From positions 124,372,001 to 124,436,000 of the forward strand of contig NC_042997.1 of assembly GCF_006345805.1 (NCBI RefSeq): a DNA stretch of 64,000 nucleotides. The letters run 5' to 3'. Below the pieces are notes generated by a model. That model did not search any database. It was not told the DNA's origin and worked only from the letters and a program-made list of their open reading frames with translations. Made by a program: the position numbers and the translations under genes. This document shows, piece after piece, positions 1 to 12,759 of this stretch; position 1 is the first letter of the stretch; each line of letters starts with the position of its first letter. Source of the DNA: Octopus sinensis. Lineage: Eukaryota.

Positions 1-563
1 GAAGAAGAGAAAAAGAAGAAGAAGAAAAGAAGAAGAAGGAGAGAAGAAGAAGAAGAGAAGAAGAAGAATAGAAGGAGAGGTAGAAGAAGAAAAGAAGAAG
101 AAGACGAAAAAGAAGAAAAAAGAAGAAAGAAGAAGAAAAAGAAGAAGAAAGAAGTAAAGAAGAAGAAGAAGAAGAAAGAAGAAGAAGAAGAAGAAGAAGA
201 AGAAAAAAGAAAAGAAGAGAGAGTAGAAGAAGAAGAAGAAGAAAAAGAAGAAAAGAGAAGAAGAAAGAAGAAGAGAAGAAGAAGAGGAGAGGTAGAAGAA
301 GGAGAAGAAGAAGACGAAGAAGAAAAAAAAAGAAGAAGAAGAAAGAAAAGAAGAAGAAGAAGAAGAAGAAGAGAAAACAGAAAAGAAAAAAGAAGAAGAA
401 GAGGGAAGAAGAAGAAGAAGAAGAAGAAGAAGAAGAAGAAGAAGAAAAAAAGAAGAAAAAAGAAGAAGAAGAAGAAGAAGAAGAAGAAGAAAGAAGAAGA
501 AGAAGAAAAGAAGAAGAAGAAGAAGAAGAAGAAGAAGAAGAAGAAGAAGAAGAAGAAGAAGAA
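1..563 (+). repeat. Degenerate (GAA)n polypurine microsatellite, running off the window start
   Basis: Almost pure A/G with GAA periodicity. Confidence 0.97.
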
Positions 564-1179
564 GGGGGCAACAAGAACAACAGCAAAGACAAAAACAAGC
601 AGCAACAAAAACAAACAAGAAATTGAGCGGTGGAGAGATGCAGGATGTTACTGGGTAGCTGGACCAACCAAGAACAAGATTCCTATGTATTGTTTTTAAA
701 AGGATAAATTCAGTGACAACAGATTTTGTATGAGTTTGTTTTGACCAAAGTCAGTCATGCATGAAGTTAAACAAAGCCGACGGTCACGGTTAAAGAATAT
801 CTACCCAATTCGGGAGCAAATATTTTTCAGTTTCGGTTTAGGTTTTTTATACACGTTAAAAACTGAAACGGGCCACATACATTTTACATCAATCTATCCA
901 CGAAAACAGATGTGTGTGTGTATGAATATGTGTGTGTGTGAGAGAGAGTGTGTGTATGTATGAGTGTGTGTGTAGGAAAAATATATGTTAAAAAACATAC
1001 TGTAAATAGTTAAAATATTGTTTTTACTATTCTCAGTGCATTTTCAACTTATATTTTTCCTGTGTCTCTAGCCGGCTGGAATGAAATAACTTTATTTTCG
1101 CACGCATGCACACACAGACACACACATACACACACATACACAAACACATATACATACATAAACACATATATATACATAT

Positions 1180-1360
1180 GGTTGAAATTTACAGAAAAAA
1201 AAAGACGAAGACAGGTGTATAAACAAGGAGATGTGATAGTTTGACACTCTGGAAGGTGAGAAAGTCTTTTACGTTTCGAGCGTACACTCTTCAGCAGAAA
1301 AGAACTCGATGAAATAAACAGAGAAAGAATTTAAAAGACTTGCAGATTTAGCGGTCAGTC
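1180..1360 (-). mobile_element. Short (TA)n-associated repeat with hammerhead-like motif (Penelope-like/retrozyme-like family A)
   Basis: Shares aaagacgaagacaggtg...acgtttcgagc.tac.ctcttc..cagaaa with copies at 15412, 29260, 29466, 31727 and 57820. Minus strand reads CTGCTGA-A-GAGT GTAC GCTC-GAAA-CG-TA. Confidence 0.7.
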
Positions 1361-1370
1361 ATATATATAA

Positions 1371-1427
<57 letters not shown>

Positions 1428-2429
1428 CAGTCTTTTTCTCTTTCAGTTATTTTATCCCACTTATGCCGAGACATAGGTTATTTTATCTCACACATGCAGA
1501 GTCATGGGTGAGAGAATCAGAAGTCTCTCTCTCCCCTTCCCATTTCTTACTCTTTGTGTCTGTCTATCTATTTACCTGTATGTTTATCTATTTATCTATT
1601 TATCTACTCATGAATACATAAACATCTAAACCATTAACGAAAACATGGAATTTGCTGATACAGGCTCTACCCCGTTCAACAGTAAGGCCGTAGTTAAGAA
1701 ATACATATATACATTGTACCGATGTGTACCGAGTTTAATGAAGAATGACTACAAACCACCGACATCCTTAATTTTAAACGAAGAACCAGGTCTAATGACA
1801 AGACTGATTGAGCTAGTTGAACAACTTCATTCCAGATGCACATGGCATGGGTTACAAACCTTCAACTTATCGATCGATATCAAATATCTTACATAACTTA
1901 ACCAATTGCGATTCTTTAAATATTAAATAAAGTCTGAGACAGATGCATAAAAATAATTGGCATGTTCTCACCAATTGTTCCTTTCCCATACTCCGTGAAT
2001 ATATAATGATTTATTTGCCGCAGTTTAAGACCTCTGAATTGACATGCTGCACATCAGCTAGCATATACCTGTTATTTAAAAGGAAGCCTAAACTTAATCT
2101 TATCAGAAGCTGCGAAGTTTCGTTGTTAACATGAACGCACTAATTATATTGACGATTGATTTATAACAACACAGACACGATCAGAGTTATGTAATATTCA
2201 TATAAATGAGCAACAACAATGTTATTTATCACCTGATTATGGCATAGAATAATCCACGGAAGGATCTAATCTAAATGGAATACTTATACAATAGGTAATA
2301 TACAATGACAATTCATTCTTGGCAATTATATTCCAACGTTTCTTGTAGATATATGAATGCACAGAATTTAAATACTGAACTATAATGTTCTACCACAAAG
2401 TATTCTTTAATAAAATGTTTTATTCTTAG

Positions 2430-2602
2430 TCGTTGTTTTAATCATTAGACTGCGAGCATGCTGCATGCTAGGGCACCGCCTTCAAAATTATCTTAGTTGA
2501 ATAAACTGAAACCAGTACATTTATTTTTATAGCCTGGTACTTATTCTATCGCCTTTTCCGTCGAACCTCTAAGTTATAGGGCCGTAGACATATCAACACT
2601 GG
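2430..2602 (-). mobile_element. Degenerate 3' part of tRNA/CORE-like SINE
   Basis: Reverse-complement similarity to the SINE tail at 36170-36300 (gcaccgcctt, gtacttattctatcg). Confidence 0.6.
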
Positions 2603-2892
2603 TCTTTTATTGCCTAATTGTGACTACAGAACTAAAACACTGTTAAATATATCAACAAATTAGAAAGCTATTATTCTGTGACAGAAGTGACTAGATATAA
2701 ACCATATCCCACTAACTTGTCTTAGAAATATAAGGTCATACTGAATAACTGAATAATGTAATCACACGCGCGTGCGCACACACATACACGCTCACATGTA
2801 TATATGTATATATGAAATACATATGCATGTGAGTGAGCGTATTTAACTTAACACTTCCGCATGCCAGCTCAAACCATGCACATACATATGTT

Positions 2893-2990
2893 TATGTATG
2901 TATGTATGTATGTATGTATGTATGTATGTATGTATGTATGTATGTATGTATGTATGTATGTATGTATGTATGTATTTATGTATGTATGTA
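2893..2990 (+). repeat. (TATG)n microsatellite
   Basis: Read directly from the sequence. Confidence 0.95.
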
Positions 2991-4014
2991 TATGCTTCCA
3001 CCTTGTCATTTCAATGGTGATTTCAGGAAAACCTGAAGCTTCTTTTCAGGAGGTTCAATGAAAGAGACATCTGAACATAAAGTGCCGGAACAAATGCCGC
3101 CAGTATTTGTCTGATGCTCTTACAAATTTCGCCCAATCGATTCGCCGTATTTTTAAACATTCACGCATATACATATTAATAGATACAAACGTATGTGTAT
3201 GCTACTTCAAACAAATACCCGGATTTCCTATTCACCAATAATGCAGATCTATTCAACATATTTTGTTCTTGCTTACAGGTTTCAAATTTACATCTCTTTA
3301 CCTACATTTTTACCAGGTCTGCTTCCCCATATTTGACCCGGAGGTGAAAAATAAAAAATTCAATGCCTGGCATATTCTTATACGTTTGTTTGTATTGATC
3401 GTCCTATTAGTATCACTTAAGGGTATGATTTGTTTTTTAAAAAATGGGGGATTTTATTGAATGTAAATAGTCTTCAAAACCTTTTATCCTGGAAAGCATT
3501 CGTGTTTTTAAATCGTTTTCTTTGACGATAAAACCAGTTTTCGTTCTACTGTTAGCTACAGCACAGAGAAAGTAAATATTACTCTCTGCTGTTTTTTAAT
3601 ACCGTATCGATCACTAAATTAGCCTTTTTTGTTTTGTTTTGTTTTTTGCCTGGGCTATTTCAATTAATCTGTCAAATATATTGCTGTCATCTTTAATTTC
3701 TACAAAACATATGAATGACATTTATTGTCAATAATTCTCCAGTTTTGAAATAGAAAATGGAATCTATAGAAAACCTTTTTTTGTGATGTCTACTTGAAAA
3801 GAATCAAAATATAGTTAAGCAAAGTATATTCTTATCATAATCTCTTTTCTTCACCTTATTATTATTTTGATTTATGTATTAATAAGACAATAATTAAAAC
3901 ACTAAAATCAAAGGAAAATTAGCTGCACATAAAATGCATTTCAAATGTGCACTGATAGACAATAGAAACTCCACGTACATTCATTTACAAAAACGCACAT
4001 ACACACACACACAC

Positions 4015-4081
<67 letters not shown>

Positions 4082-4235
4082 TGATGCATACAAACACGTA
4101 TACATGCATATGTGTATGTATAAATAAATGAATATATACCTATATAAGGAGGTCACAGGATGTGTGACAAAGTAAGTTTTGCGTGTGTGCATATATATGT
4201 ATATTTATATATATATATAGATATATATATTATAT

Positions 4236-4277
<42 letters not shown>

Positions 4278-4315
4278 AATATATGTATATATATATGTAT
4301 GTATGTATGTATATA

Positions 4316-5246
4316 TACCGGGCTTTTTCCGAAAATTCGCCCATCCATTAGATCGCCCATGGCTGTTCATTTGGATGGGCGGTTATTTGAGGTGAAAAGT
4401 TGAAACAGAGTTAGTGTTCTTGTTTGCATTCTGTTTAGACGTTCATTTGCTCTACGTGTGTAGATAAATTCAAAGGATTTTAATTCCCGATAATAGAGTG
4501 GAGAGAATATATATCAAAACGTTTTCAACGATCATACACCATTAGTGAAAAAATTCAGTGCTATCATACCAGTGAAAGAACAATCTGGCAATTTATCTGC
4601 TGCGTCACGAGACAGGAATTGATAGAAAACGATTAAGAGAATGGTGCATAAAAGAAACTGAATTAATCCATATGTCAGACAAGAGGAGGCTCAGATCAAG
4701 GGATCAAGAGATTGAACTCTTCAGCGTGCAAACAATATAATTGTAAATTATCGCCGTTTACGGGAATATACTTTTGAATTGGCAAAAAGGTTTGGAATTA
4801 AAATGAACAGCTTTAGATGTTCTCATAAATGGATTTTCAATTTCATGAAACAGAATAAATTGAATGTGAGAAAGATTACACATGTTGGTCAAGCAAACAA
4901 TAAAACACTTGGAGAAAAGGCACAAATCGGCAGTGACTCTCCAGATAGCATTCCAGTGTTAACAGCAGATAAGGATACTGACCAGATGTATAATATGGAT
5001 GATACGCTGTATACGTTGACATTTTGAGTTCAACAACCATACACTTTGTTGGCAATAAAAATGTAGATGTTAGCCACTGTCGTGCTACCAAAGCTCGTTT
5101 TACCGCTGTGTTGTGTGTTAATGACGCAGGAAATGTGTTGAAAACAATGATCATCCTCAAAGGATTGAAAGACCTGCCTAAAATCAAGGTCCCAAAGAAG
5201 ATTTACTTAACAGTCTCCAACGAGGGATCAATCACATATGAACTTA
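4316..5246 (+). pseudogene. Degraded pogo/Tigger-like (CENP-B HTH + DDE_1) DNA transposon
   Basis: Frameshifted fragments FRCSHKWIFNFMKQNKLNVRKITHVGQ (CENP-B-type HTH), YNMDDT (NxDET) and KARFTAVLCVNDAGNVLKTMIILKG. Begins TA-CCG after a TA repeat. Confidence 0.8.
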
Positions 5247-5380
5247 TGTGTGTGTATGTGTGTATGTATATATATCTATATATATATAATAACAAAGGGC
5301 AAAATTAATTAAGAAGTAATCAGTAATTTCACCAAGTAGAATTCGGCATGAAAAAGACCATTTCATGGTAAGCTTAAGTA

Positions 5381-5691
5381 ATACTTTATAATTAGGGTTT
5401 AGCAAAGATTTGCTTCACCACATACCGAAGTTTAGAAATAGCAGTCAAAAAATCTTAGCTATTCCTTCTACTTTAAAAGGGACTCCCAGAAAAACCAAAG
5501 TACTTGAAAACAATCTACACAGACAAAGAGGAAAAATAACGAAACTCAATCCATATTTGGATTGTTTTCAAGTACTTTGGTTTCTCTAGGAGTCCCTTTT
5601 AAAGTAGAAGGAATAGCTAAGATTTTTTGACTGCTATTTCTAAACTTTGGTATGTGGTGAAGCAAATCTTTGCTGAAACCTAATTATAAAG

Positions 5692-5694
<3 letters not shown>
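5381..5694. repeat. Long near-perfect inverted repeat (135-bp arms, 44-nt spacer)
   Basis: 5381-5515 is the reverse complement of 5560-5694 with only a few mismatches. Flanked by TA repeats. Confidence 0.95.
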
Positions 5695-5723
<29 letters not shown>

Positions 5724-6313
5724 GATGGGTAGATACATACATGCATGTGTGTGTGCACGTGTGCGCACGTGCGTGTGTGCATATGTGCGAATGCTCGTCT
5801 CTCTATAAACAAATGAGTACGCGTGTTCGTATGAATTTGTGTCTTTGAGCACGTCGGCATATCAGAGCAGAAAATATGCTATACAATTCAATTCATTCAC
5901 TTATGGACATTAAGACATGAATGCATGAACGATACACAAGTAACATTGAACATGTTCATGCTGGAAACATTATAGATGCAATAATGGAAACGATGACATA
6001 CACAGTATGTGTCAGCATTAATATATATTAGATAGAAGCGTCACGTAAAACATAGATAGAAACAATGGTCTGCTCACAAAGTATCTTATATACATTCGAA
6101 CTTATAAAGAAACTATTAAGCGAAGTTTGAGACAGTATCTCTACGAAGTCTATCGAAATAAAGGATTTTTAGATTCTTTCTATGAAGCATTTATCAAAAT
6201 ATATCTTCAAGATCAAAAATGTTAATAGATTTCTCATAATGTATTATGCTCCGAAATTAAATCCGAGACTTCCATACATATTCATGCACACGTACATATA
6301 TGCATATACATAG

Positions 6314-6341
6314 GTGTGTGTATTTGTGTGTGTGTGTGTGT

Positions 6342-6429
<88 letters not shown>
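6314..6429 (+). repeat. (TG)n microsatellite
   Basis: Read directly from the sequence. Confidence 0.95.
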
Positions 6430-6433
<4 letters not shown>

Positions 6434-6583
6434 GTAATCCTTATCTCCAACTCAACTTGGACATTGTCTTGTAACACAGAATACTGCGTTATTTGCTTTG
6501 AGAGGATTTCTCATATGGACCCGTGGTGCATAAAAACACTCACATTAATAGAAGAGAACCGTCTGCTACAGCCACCGGAACTA

Positions 6584-6624
6584 CCAGATCACCTGATTTC
6601 GTCTTCTTTTGGCTTCCTCAGTGA
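6584..6624 (-). ncRNA. Putative type I hammerhead ribozyme
   Basis: Minus strand: TCA-CTGAGGA-A-GCC AAAAGAA GAC-GAAA-TCA GG TGA-TC-TGG. The core is canonical, stem III is paired and the cleavage triplet is AUC; stems I and II are weak. Confidence 0.5.
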
Positions 6625-6771
6625 AAAACATCCAGTAGCGGTGAATCTTCCTTCAACGATATATAGAATATCAGTGACTATTCCAGCATTACAACTAGAT
6701 GTATGACTGCTACTGGTGAGTTTAGTGCTCCACAGAATATAGTTATCTAGTCTACTACTAAGGATGTACTA

Positions 6772-6820
<49 letters not shown>

Positions 6821-6960
6821 AAACATTTAGCTTTATTAGAAGCGTCGAAATGTGTATTGTACGATATATACAAGAAGATATAATTTTGAACGCAGAATTG
6901 CTCTTAGAACAGCAAAAATGCTGGGTAAATTGCCCTTACAAGGCGGAAAAATCTGCCTGT

Positions 6961-7033
6961 AAACAGCCATGGAAATTGAACCCACAGTCATCAAGATTCC
7001 CGTTGAGTGCTTCACCATTAAACTAAACTGCCC
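6961..7033 (-). pseudogene. tRNA-like sequence (pseudo-tRNA / SINE head) within a repeat
   Basis: GGGCAGTT TAGTTTAATGG (A box) ... GTGGG TTCAATT TCCAT (T arm/B box) GGCTGTTT. Cloverleaf-like but with many G-U pairs and mismatches. Confidence 0.55.
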
Positions 7034-7647
7034 GGTGACAAATTCACCCGCCGATATAGACGCTAAATAGTTTATTGTAAGAGTAACTTACACAGTATTT
7101 CTGCTGCGTTCGAAAAAATGTTTTCTTGCTTGTATATATGTCTGTGCATGTGGTTGTGTGTTTGTGTGTATGGATGGTTTTGTGTGTATGATTAAAAACT
7201 ATTTCGTCTATTTTGTAGAGTATAAACTGTTTAAGCTGTTTTCATATTATTTATTTCTGAGGGTGTTGCAGTTGTGTCAAATCGGAGTAGGGAAATTTGT
7301 TAGCGTTACACTAATGGATGTCGATTATGCAATAATAATGGCCTATTTCACCGCATTTTGATGGTGCAAAATAATGTGACCTGTGGGTTGTTTATAATGT
7401 TTCGTTGTCATTCCATATAGTATGGAGTGTCTTGTTTGAATTGCCACATATTATATGGACGGTGATTACACAGAGCATATGTCGCTCTGCTTTAGTTAAA
7501 GGAGGTGGTAAAGCTCTTGTTCTGTGTCCCGAGAGTGTGCTCCTTGGATTATGCTATTGAACTGAATCTATGTTGGAATATGGGTTCTATCTTGAGAGAC
7601 TAGATTTGCGGCTGTTTAAATTTGTGGACCTTGGGAATCCTTTTTCT

Positions 7648-7681
<34 letters not shown>

Positions 7682-9111
7682 TGCTGTTGTTGTTGTTACT
7701 GTTTGACAGGAAACTATTTTTTTTAATATATTGTAAAAATATTTTGCTTATGTGAAATATATTTCGCAAAACAAGATTACATAAATAATCCTTGAATTTA
7801 TCTAGATATTCCTGACAGAAATGATTTTACATAACAATATATATATATATATATAAAAATTGTCTTTATTTTATATTTTTATTAACATTTAGTAAATATT
7901 AAGAATTGCGTTTTTCATGGCGACCATTGCTGAAGCCAAACCGGAAAAACGAAATTACAACTGTAAAAGAAAAGTTGATTGCAATAATAATAAATTGCTT
8001 TCCTTAACATCGTCAAATCAACTTGAAGTTGGCATAAAAAAAACACTAATTTTCAATAGAAATTAATCTGAAATTTTATGATTGTTGCTTTTTTTCTTTA
8101 TATATTTTCTTTTGAATATTGACGAAGCTGGCTTACAATCACTCAAGACAAAATTCAATGAGGCACATAGTATAGTCGTTCTAATTTTTAAACAGAAATC
8201 AATTTAAATGAATATGGATATTAATAGAAGAAATATTTTATTCATTTGTTTGTAATATATTCATTGATATTTTTGTTTTCTTTTAATCCGGACTTTGCAA
8301 CATTTTACAAAATTATGAATTTGGAAATAGAAAAAAAAGATTGCAAATATTTTGACTTTATAACTCTTTAGGTAAAATTCTTTTGTCTAAACGGCAATAG
8401 TTATAAATACGTACATACATATATAAATACACGCACGCACACGTAAACTCACACCACACTCACATACGCATGCATACATACACACACACCACACTCACGC
8501 ACATTTTTATATGTATGTATATATGTATATATAAAATGTATATTTGTATCTTGCGTATAAATATGTGTGTGTTTGGGCGTATGCTTGTTGTTAATATATT
8601 TGTTAAGCATCTACATGTATGCACATATGTATGTGTGTATTCCTATGAATATGTTCGTAAAATACTTATACTTCTTTCCCTATTCTATAATATATTCATT
8701 AATAAACAATGGAAATTTTAAAAGAATGTAGAAATTTATAGAAAGATATTTTATTATTAAACAACACCGCTCAACACAAAACCCCTTTTCATATTTGTTC
8801 GTAAATTCCCAGATTAACAAATTTAATTGAATTATATTTTATAGTCTACATACTAATTTAAAGATTAATCATATAAGTCTACAATAGATACTTTAATATT
8901 TATGCACTATTTAACTCGCATGAAAACTTACTAACACTGAAATTCTTCGCAATATTTCCAACCAAATACACGATACTCTAAATGCAATTTTGTCAATGAG
9001 TAATTTCATCAACGAATGTTAGTATGCTTTCACTGTTAAATATGTTTCAATAACTTTCGCATTTATATATTGCTTAGGTATATATATATATAATGTATAT
9101 ATATATATATA

Positions 9112-9153
<42 letters not shown>

Positions 9154-9223
9154 AACATATATATATATATGTATGTATATATGTGTGTGTGAATGTATGT
9201 ATTTATGTATATAATATATAATA

Positions 9224-9267
<44 letters not shown>

Positions 9268-9506
9268 GTATATATGGTTAAGTAAATATTCAATAAGAAA
9301 TATTAGTGTATAATAAAAGTAATGATTTTGATAACCTTTATAAATTCTCCCCTTTCTTCATAACAACAGAAGATAAGTCTATAACGAAACTAATGCAACA
9401 TTTCACTTCTGAACTAAAATTAATACCGTAATATGTACGTGCGTATTTGAATGTGTAATAAACAATTGTAGACATATATAATATATATATATATATATAT
9501 ATCTAT

Positions 9507-9549
<43 letters not shown>

Positions 9550-9921
9550 GGTGTATGCATAAATGTATATGTATATATGCATATGAGTGCGTTTCTGTGT
9601 ATGTGTGTATGCATATACGCATATATATATGAATGAATAAATGACTCAATCTATGTCTGTGAAACACAGTGCGTACTTTCTGTGTATGATTGCGCCAGCA
9701 TGCAATTATATTTGTTAAAATATATAAAGGCTACACGATAGTTTAGAAAAGTTGGTTTATGGAATTACTGTTCAGTAAAAGGTGTCGTGTTTCTCGTTAA
9801 ACAATATTTCAAAATATATTTGTATATATTTGATTCTTAAAACACAATGTATTCTTAATTCTAAAAAAATATGTAATAAAGTATGTGTGTGCAAGTGTGT
9901 GTGTTTGTGAGTATGCCTACA

Positions 9922-9957
<36 letters not shown>

Positions 9958-9959
9958 AT

Positions 9960-10330
9960 CCATAATCTCATCTTCCTAGCGTTCATAATAATTTTTCTAT
10001 CGTCTTTGCTTAACAGCCCTCAATGTTTGTTTTTACTGTTTTGTTCTCACTGTCCTGTTCTTTTTACCACTTTGACCCTCCGCAACAAATCCCAAATTTT
10101 ATTTTATTTGCTTTGCGGGAAGGACTGTTTCAACGAAGTCGCGTATTGTCCTTGCCTTCGGATGCGGAGTAGATGAAACAGGGACAACTGATGAAGGGGA
10201 ATATTCTTTATTCTGCATGTCTCTTTTCTCTATTTGTTTTCGTTGTTCGAAAATAAGTTCGTTTCTATGTTTTTTGGTTTTTATGTTTTCGTTTCTCATT
10301 GTGTTCGATGGTTTTTTGATGTCCTGAACC
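9960..10330 (+). mobile_element. Unclassified short repeat between (TA)n tracts
   Basis: GC-richer core with CTGATGA between pyrimidine-rich flanks, bounded by TA microsatellites like the family A elements. Confidence 0.4.
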
Positions 10331-10989
10331 CATATATACATGTATATATACATATATATGTAGGTATGTACCTTTATGTATGTATATATGCATATATTTA
10401 TATATTATTCATATTATTATATGTATATATATTCCAGATGACTATGAATATGCGATAAAGGGGCCTCTATATAGACGCCGGCATGCAACAGACCACATTC
10501 ACCAGCCTGAAGAGAAACTGTTGATTATATAATTCATGTTATGCTCGCTTTGTACAATTATCCTTGAAGCTACGACTTGAAAATTGAGGAACAAAATTGT
10601 AATTGTGTTTCTAGATATGCAAATCACGGTTAACGAATGGAATATTCACCGAGGAAACATTTTGTTAGTTTTATTTATTCTCATCGCTTCGAATATTCTA
10701 CGTCAAATTTTATACTTTAGGCTGCTAGGAAACAAAATATAACAATATTGAATATAAAACTTTTCGTGACGTAACAGATGCTGGGCTTGGATACCGTTTT
10801 TCTCGTTTTAACCCTAATATACACAGACAAGAAAGAATTAAATAGACACCCCATAATTTTTTTTAATTTTAACTTGAAAAGATTTATGTTTTTATTAATT
10901 GACATTTTTATGTTTCATTTCTATATGTGACTGTTTAACCATGATGTTTAATGCACGTACAAATTAACCCTTGGAACTGTTCGAATTTC

Positions 10990-11940
10990 AAAGAGTCCAT
11001 ATTGTGGAGCAATCTAAAGGTAGACATAGTCGCAGAAAACATTGAGATCCCACTTTCTACAGTTAATAGAGTGATTGTGCAATTCACCAGAGAGAGAGAG
11101 AGAAAGAGAGGAAACCCCAGGTCGACCAGGGCCTCTAACAGGAACTTTCACATTAAGAGAAGTGTGGAGGCTAATCTACGTTGCAAGGTCTCTGACATAG
11201 CAGAATAAGGTGATGTCAGTCCCAGAACAGCTGTCAGGTATTTTCACAAACTTGGCTTCTATGGTAGAACAGCAAGAATAAAGTCACTTCTTCGACCACC
11301 TAATATCAAGCGGGGAAAAGATTGTGCCAGCGTGATGGTGAAGAGGCCACTAGCATTTTGGGGCACTGTTATATTTTCTGATGAGTTCAGATTTACTGTA
11401 TTTTCTGACAGTGGTCGAGTGTGGGTCTGGAGACTTTGTGATCAAGAATTTGACATGAAAAGATTGCAGCCAACAATGAAACATGGCAATTACTCTGTGG
11501 AGCAACTGAGAGCATTGGTCGATCAGAGTTGGCGAAGTGTGAGGGAAACAGAAACTCAGATAAATATGTGTCCATAATGCGGAAAAGACTCCAGCCAATC
11601 TTCTCCAGTGGTGAAATTATTAAAGACGACTCTTTATTTATGGAAGCCTTGTCACACAGCTAAAAAGGCCCAAGATTGGTTGGAAGAGAATGGCATTATA
11701 GCGTTTCCATGGCCAAGCCAGTCACTAGGTATAAACCCTATGAAACACTTCTGGGGCACAAGGGACATGACATTTCGTAAAAAGAACAATTAACACATCC
11801 TCAAAGCCAGGTCTTTTGAGATTATTGCATGAAACCTGGAAAGAAATTCCTCTAGAGAATATTAGTCATTCGAACGGTAGCATGTCTAATAGGGTCCTTG
11901 CATTGAAAAATGCAAAGGACATGACTACTAAATATTAGAT
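10990..11940 (+). pseudogene. Degraded Tc1-like transposase
   Basis: HTH-like AENIEIPLSTVNRVI; FWGTVIFSDEFRF (W..V.FSDESRF); RVWVWR; PTMKHG; PCHTAKKAQDWL; WPSQSLGINPMKHFW (WPSQSPDLNPIEHLW). Multiple stops and frameshifts. Confidence 0.9.
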
Positions 11941-11999
11941 ATTCACATTATAGTAACTAATAAATAATCTGTACGTATAGCTTCAGATTTAAATAGATT

Positions 12000-12349
12000 T
12001 CAACGATTATTGCTAGTTGAACCTTCACGTCAGCGGGGTGAAGACTGGTGGATTTTCTGCTCTGTCTTCGTGCTTCACGCATGTTTGGTCATATTTGAAC
12101 TTTTCGATTCACTCATTCACGTTTCTACACGGTAAAACGTTGTCTGAAATCCTGTGATGAAGTTAGGCTCCTGATATCTTAAGACCAGACTGATCTCTAT
12201 TCTTCCTTCGTACACAATGCCAGTGAAGTGGCCATGTTGACTCAGCAACACAAGAAAGAAAACCGGAGCGATAAAGGTCCAGCTACGGCTACGTAACTGC
12301 CAACGTACCGCCTGCAAGCACGCCAATAATTTTTTTACTTCACCTTGTA
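12000..12349 (-). mobile_element. 5' fragment of a Tc1/mariner-superfamily element
   Basis: Minus strand starts TA-CAAGGTG (a Tc1/mariner-like terminus), followed by HTH-like remnants (EGRIEI; IEKFKY...). Confidence 0.4.
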
Positions 12350-12437
12350 TACACACACAAACGAACAAACGCACACGTACACATACACACCACAGCACAC
12401 ACAAATACACACACAAACACACACACACAAACACATG

Positions 12438-12478
<41 letters not shown>

Positions 12479-12514
12479 TCAATATGTCTTATGTTTTATG
12501 AGATAAAAACTTAC

Positions 12515-12759
12515 CGAAGAGGTGAATTCATCGGTGTTGCCACGCCGTAACCTTTTGAGTCAAGATTCTCACCAACTTTCATAGTATTGCATGGTTTTCT
12601 CTGGTTAAAGTAATCGTTCATAACAGATTCCAGGAAAAATGCATACGTTCCTTTCGAATTTCGAACTCGTTCAACGGCTTTGCTAGTATTGGAGACAAAT
12701 ACGCTCGTGTCCTGTGACATCACATCCCAAATTCTTCGATAGATAGACACTTGTGATCT
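12515..12759 (-). CDS. Ionotropic glutamate receptor (AMPA-like), next exon encoding the S2 ligand-binding segment
   Basis: Translates [81 protein letters not shown](R), matching AMPA-type LES...[18 protein letters not shown]. Acceptor ttttacAG at 12761-12760 (phase 0, compatible with the upstream exon); donor CG|GTAAGT at 12514; 245 nt. Confidence 0.97.

Noticed and set aside
6961-7033. Functional tRNA gene
   Set aside because: Many G-U pairs and mismatches, an irregular anticodon arm and a repeat context; treated as a pseudo-tRNA.
7360-7650. Possible Penelope GIY-YIG remnant
   Set aside because: No convincing conserved motif could be read in a single frame.
10500-10525. CTGAAGA-GAAA-CTGTT as a stem II-less hammerhead
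   Set aside because: No stem I or II support; likely chance.
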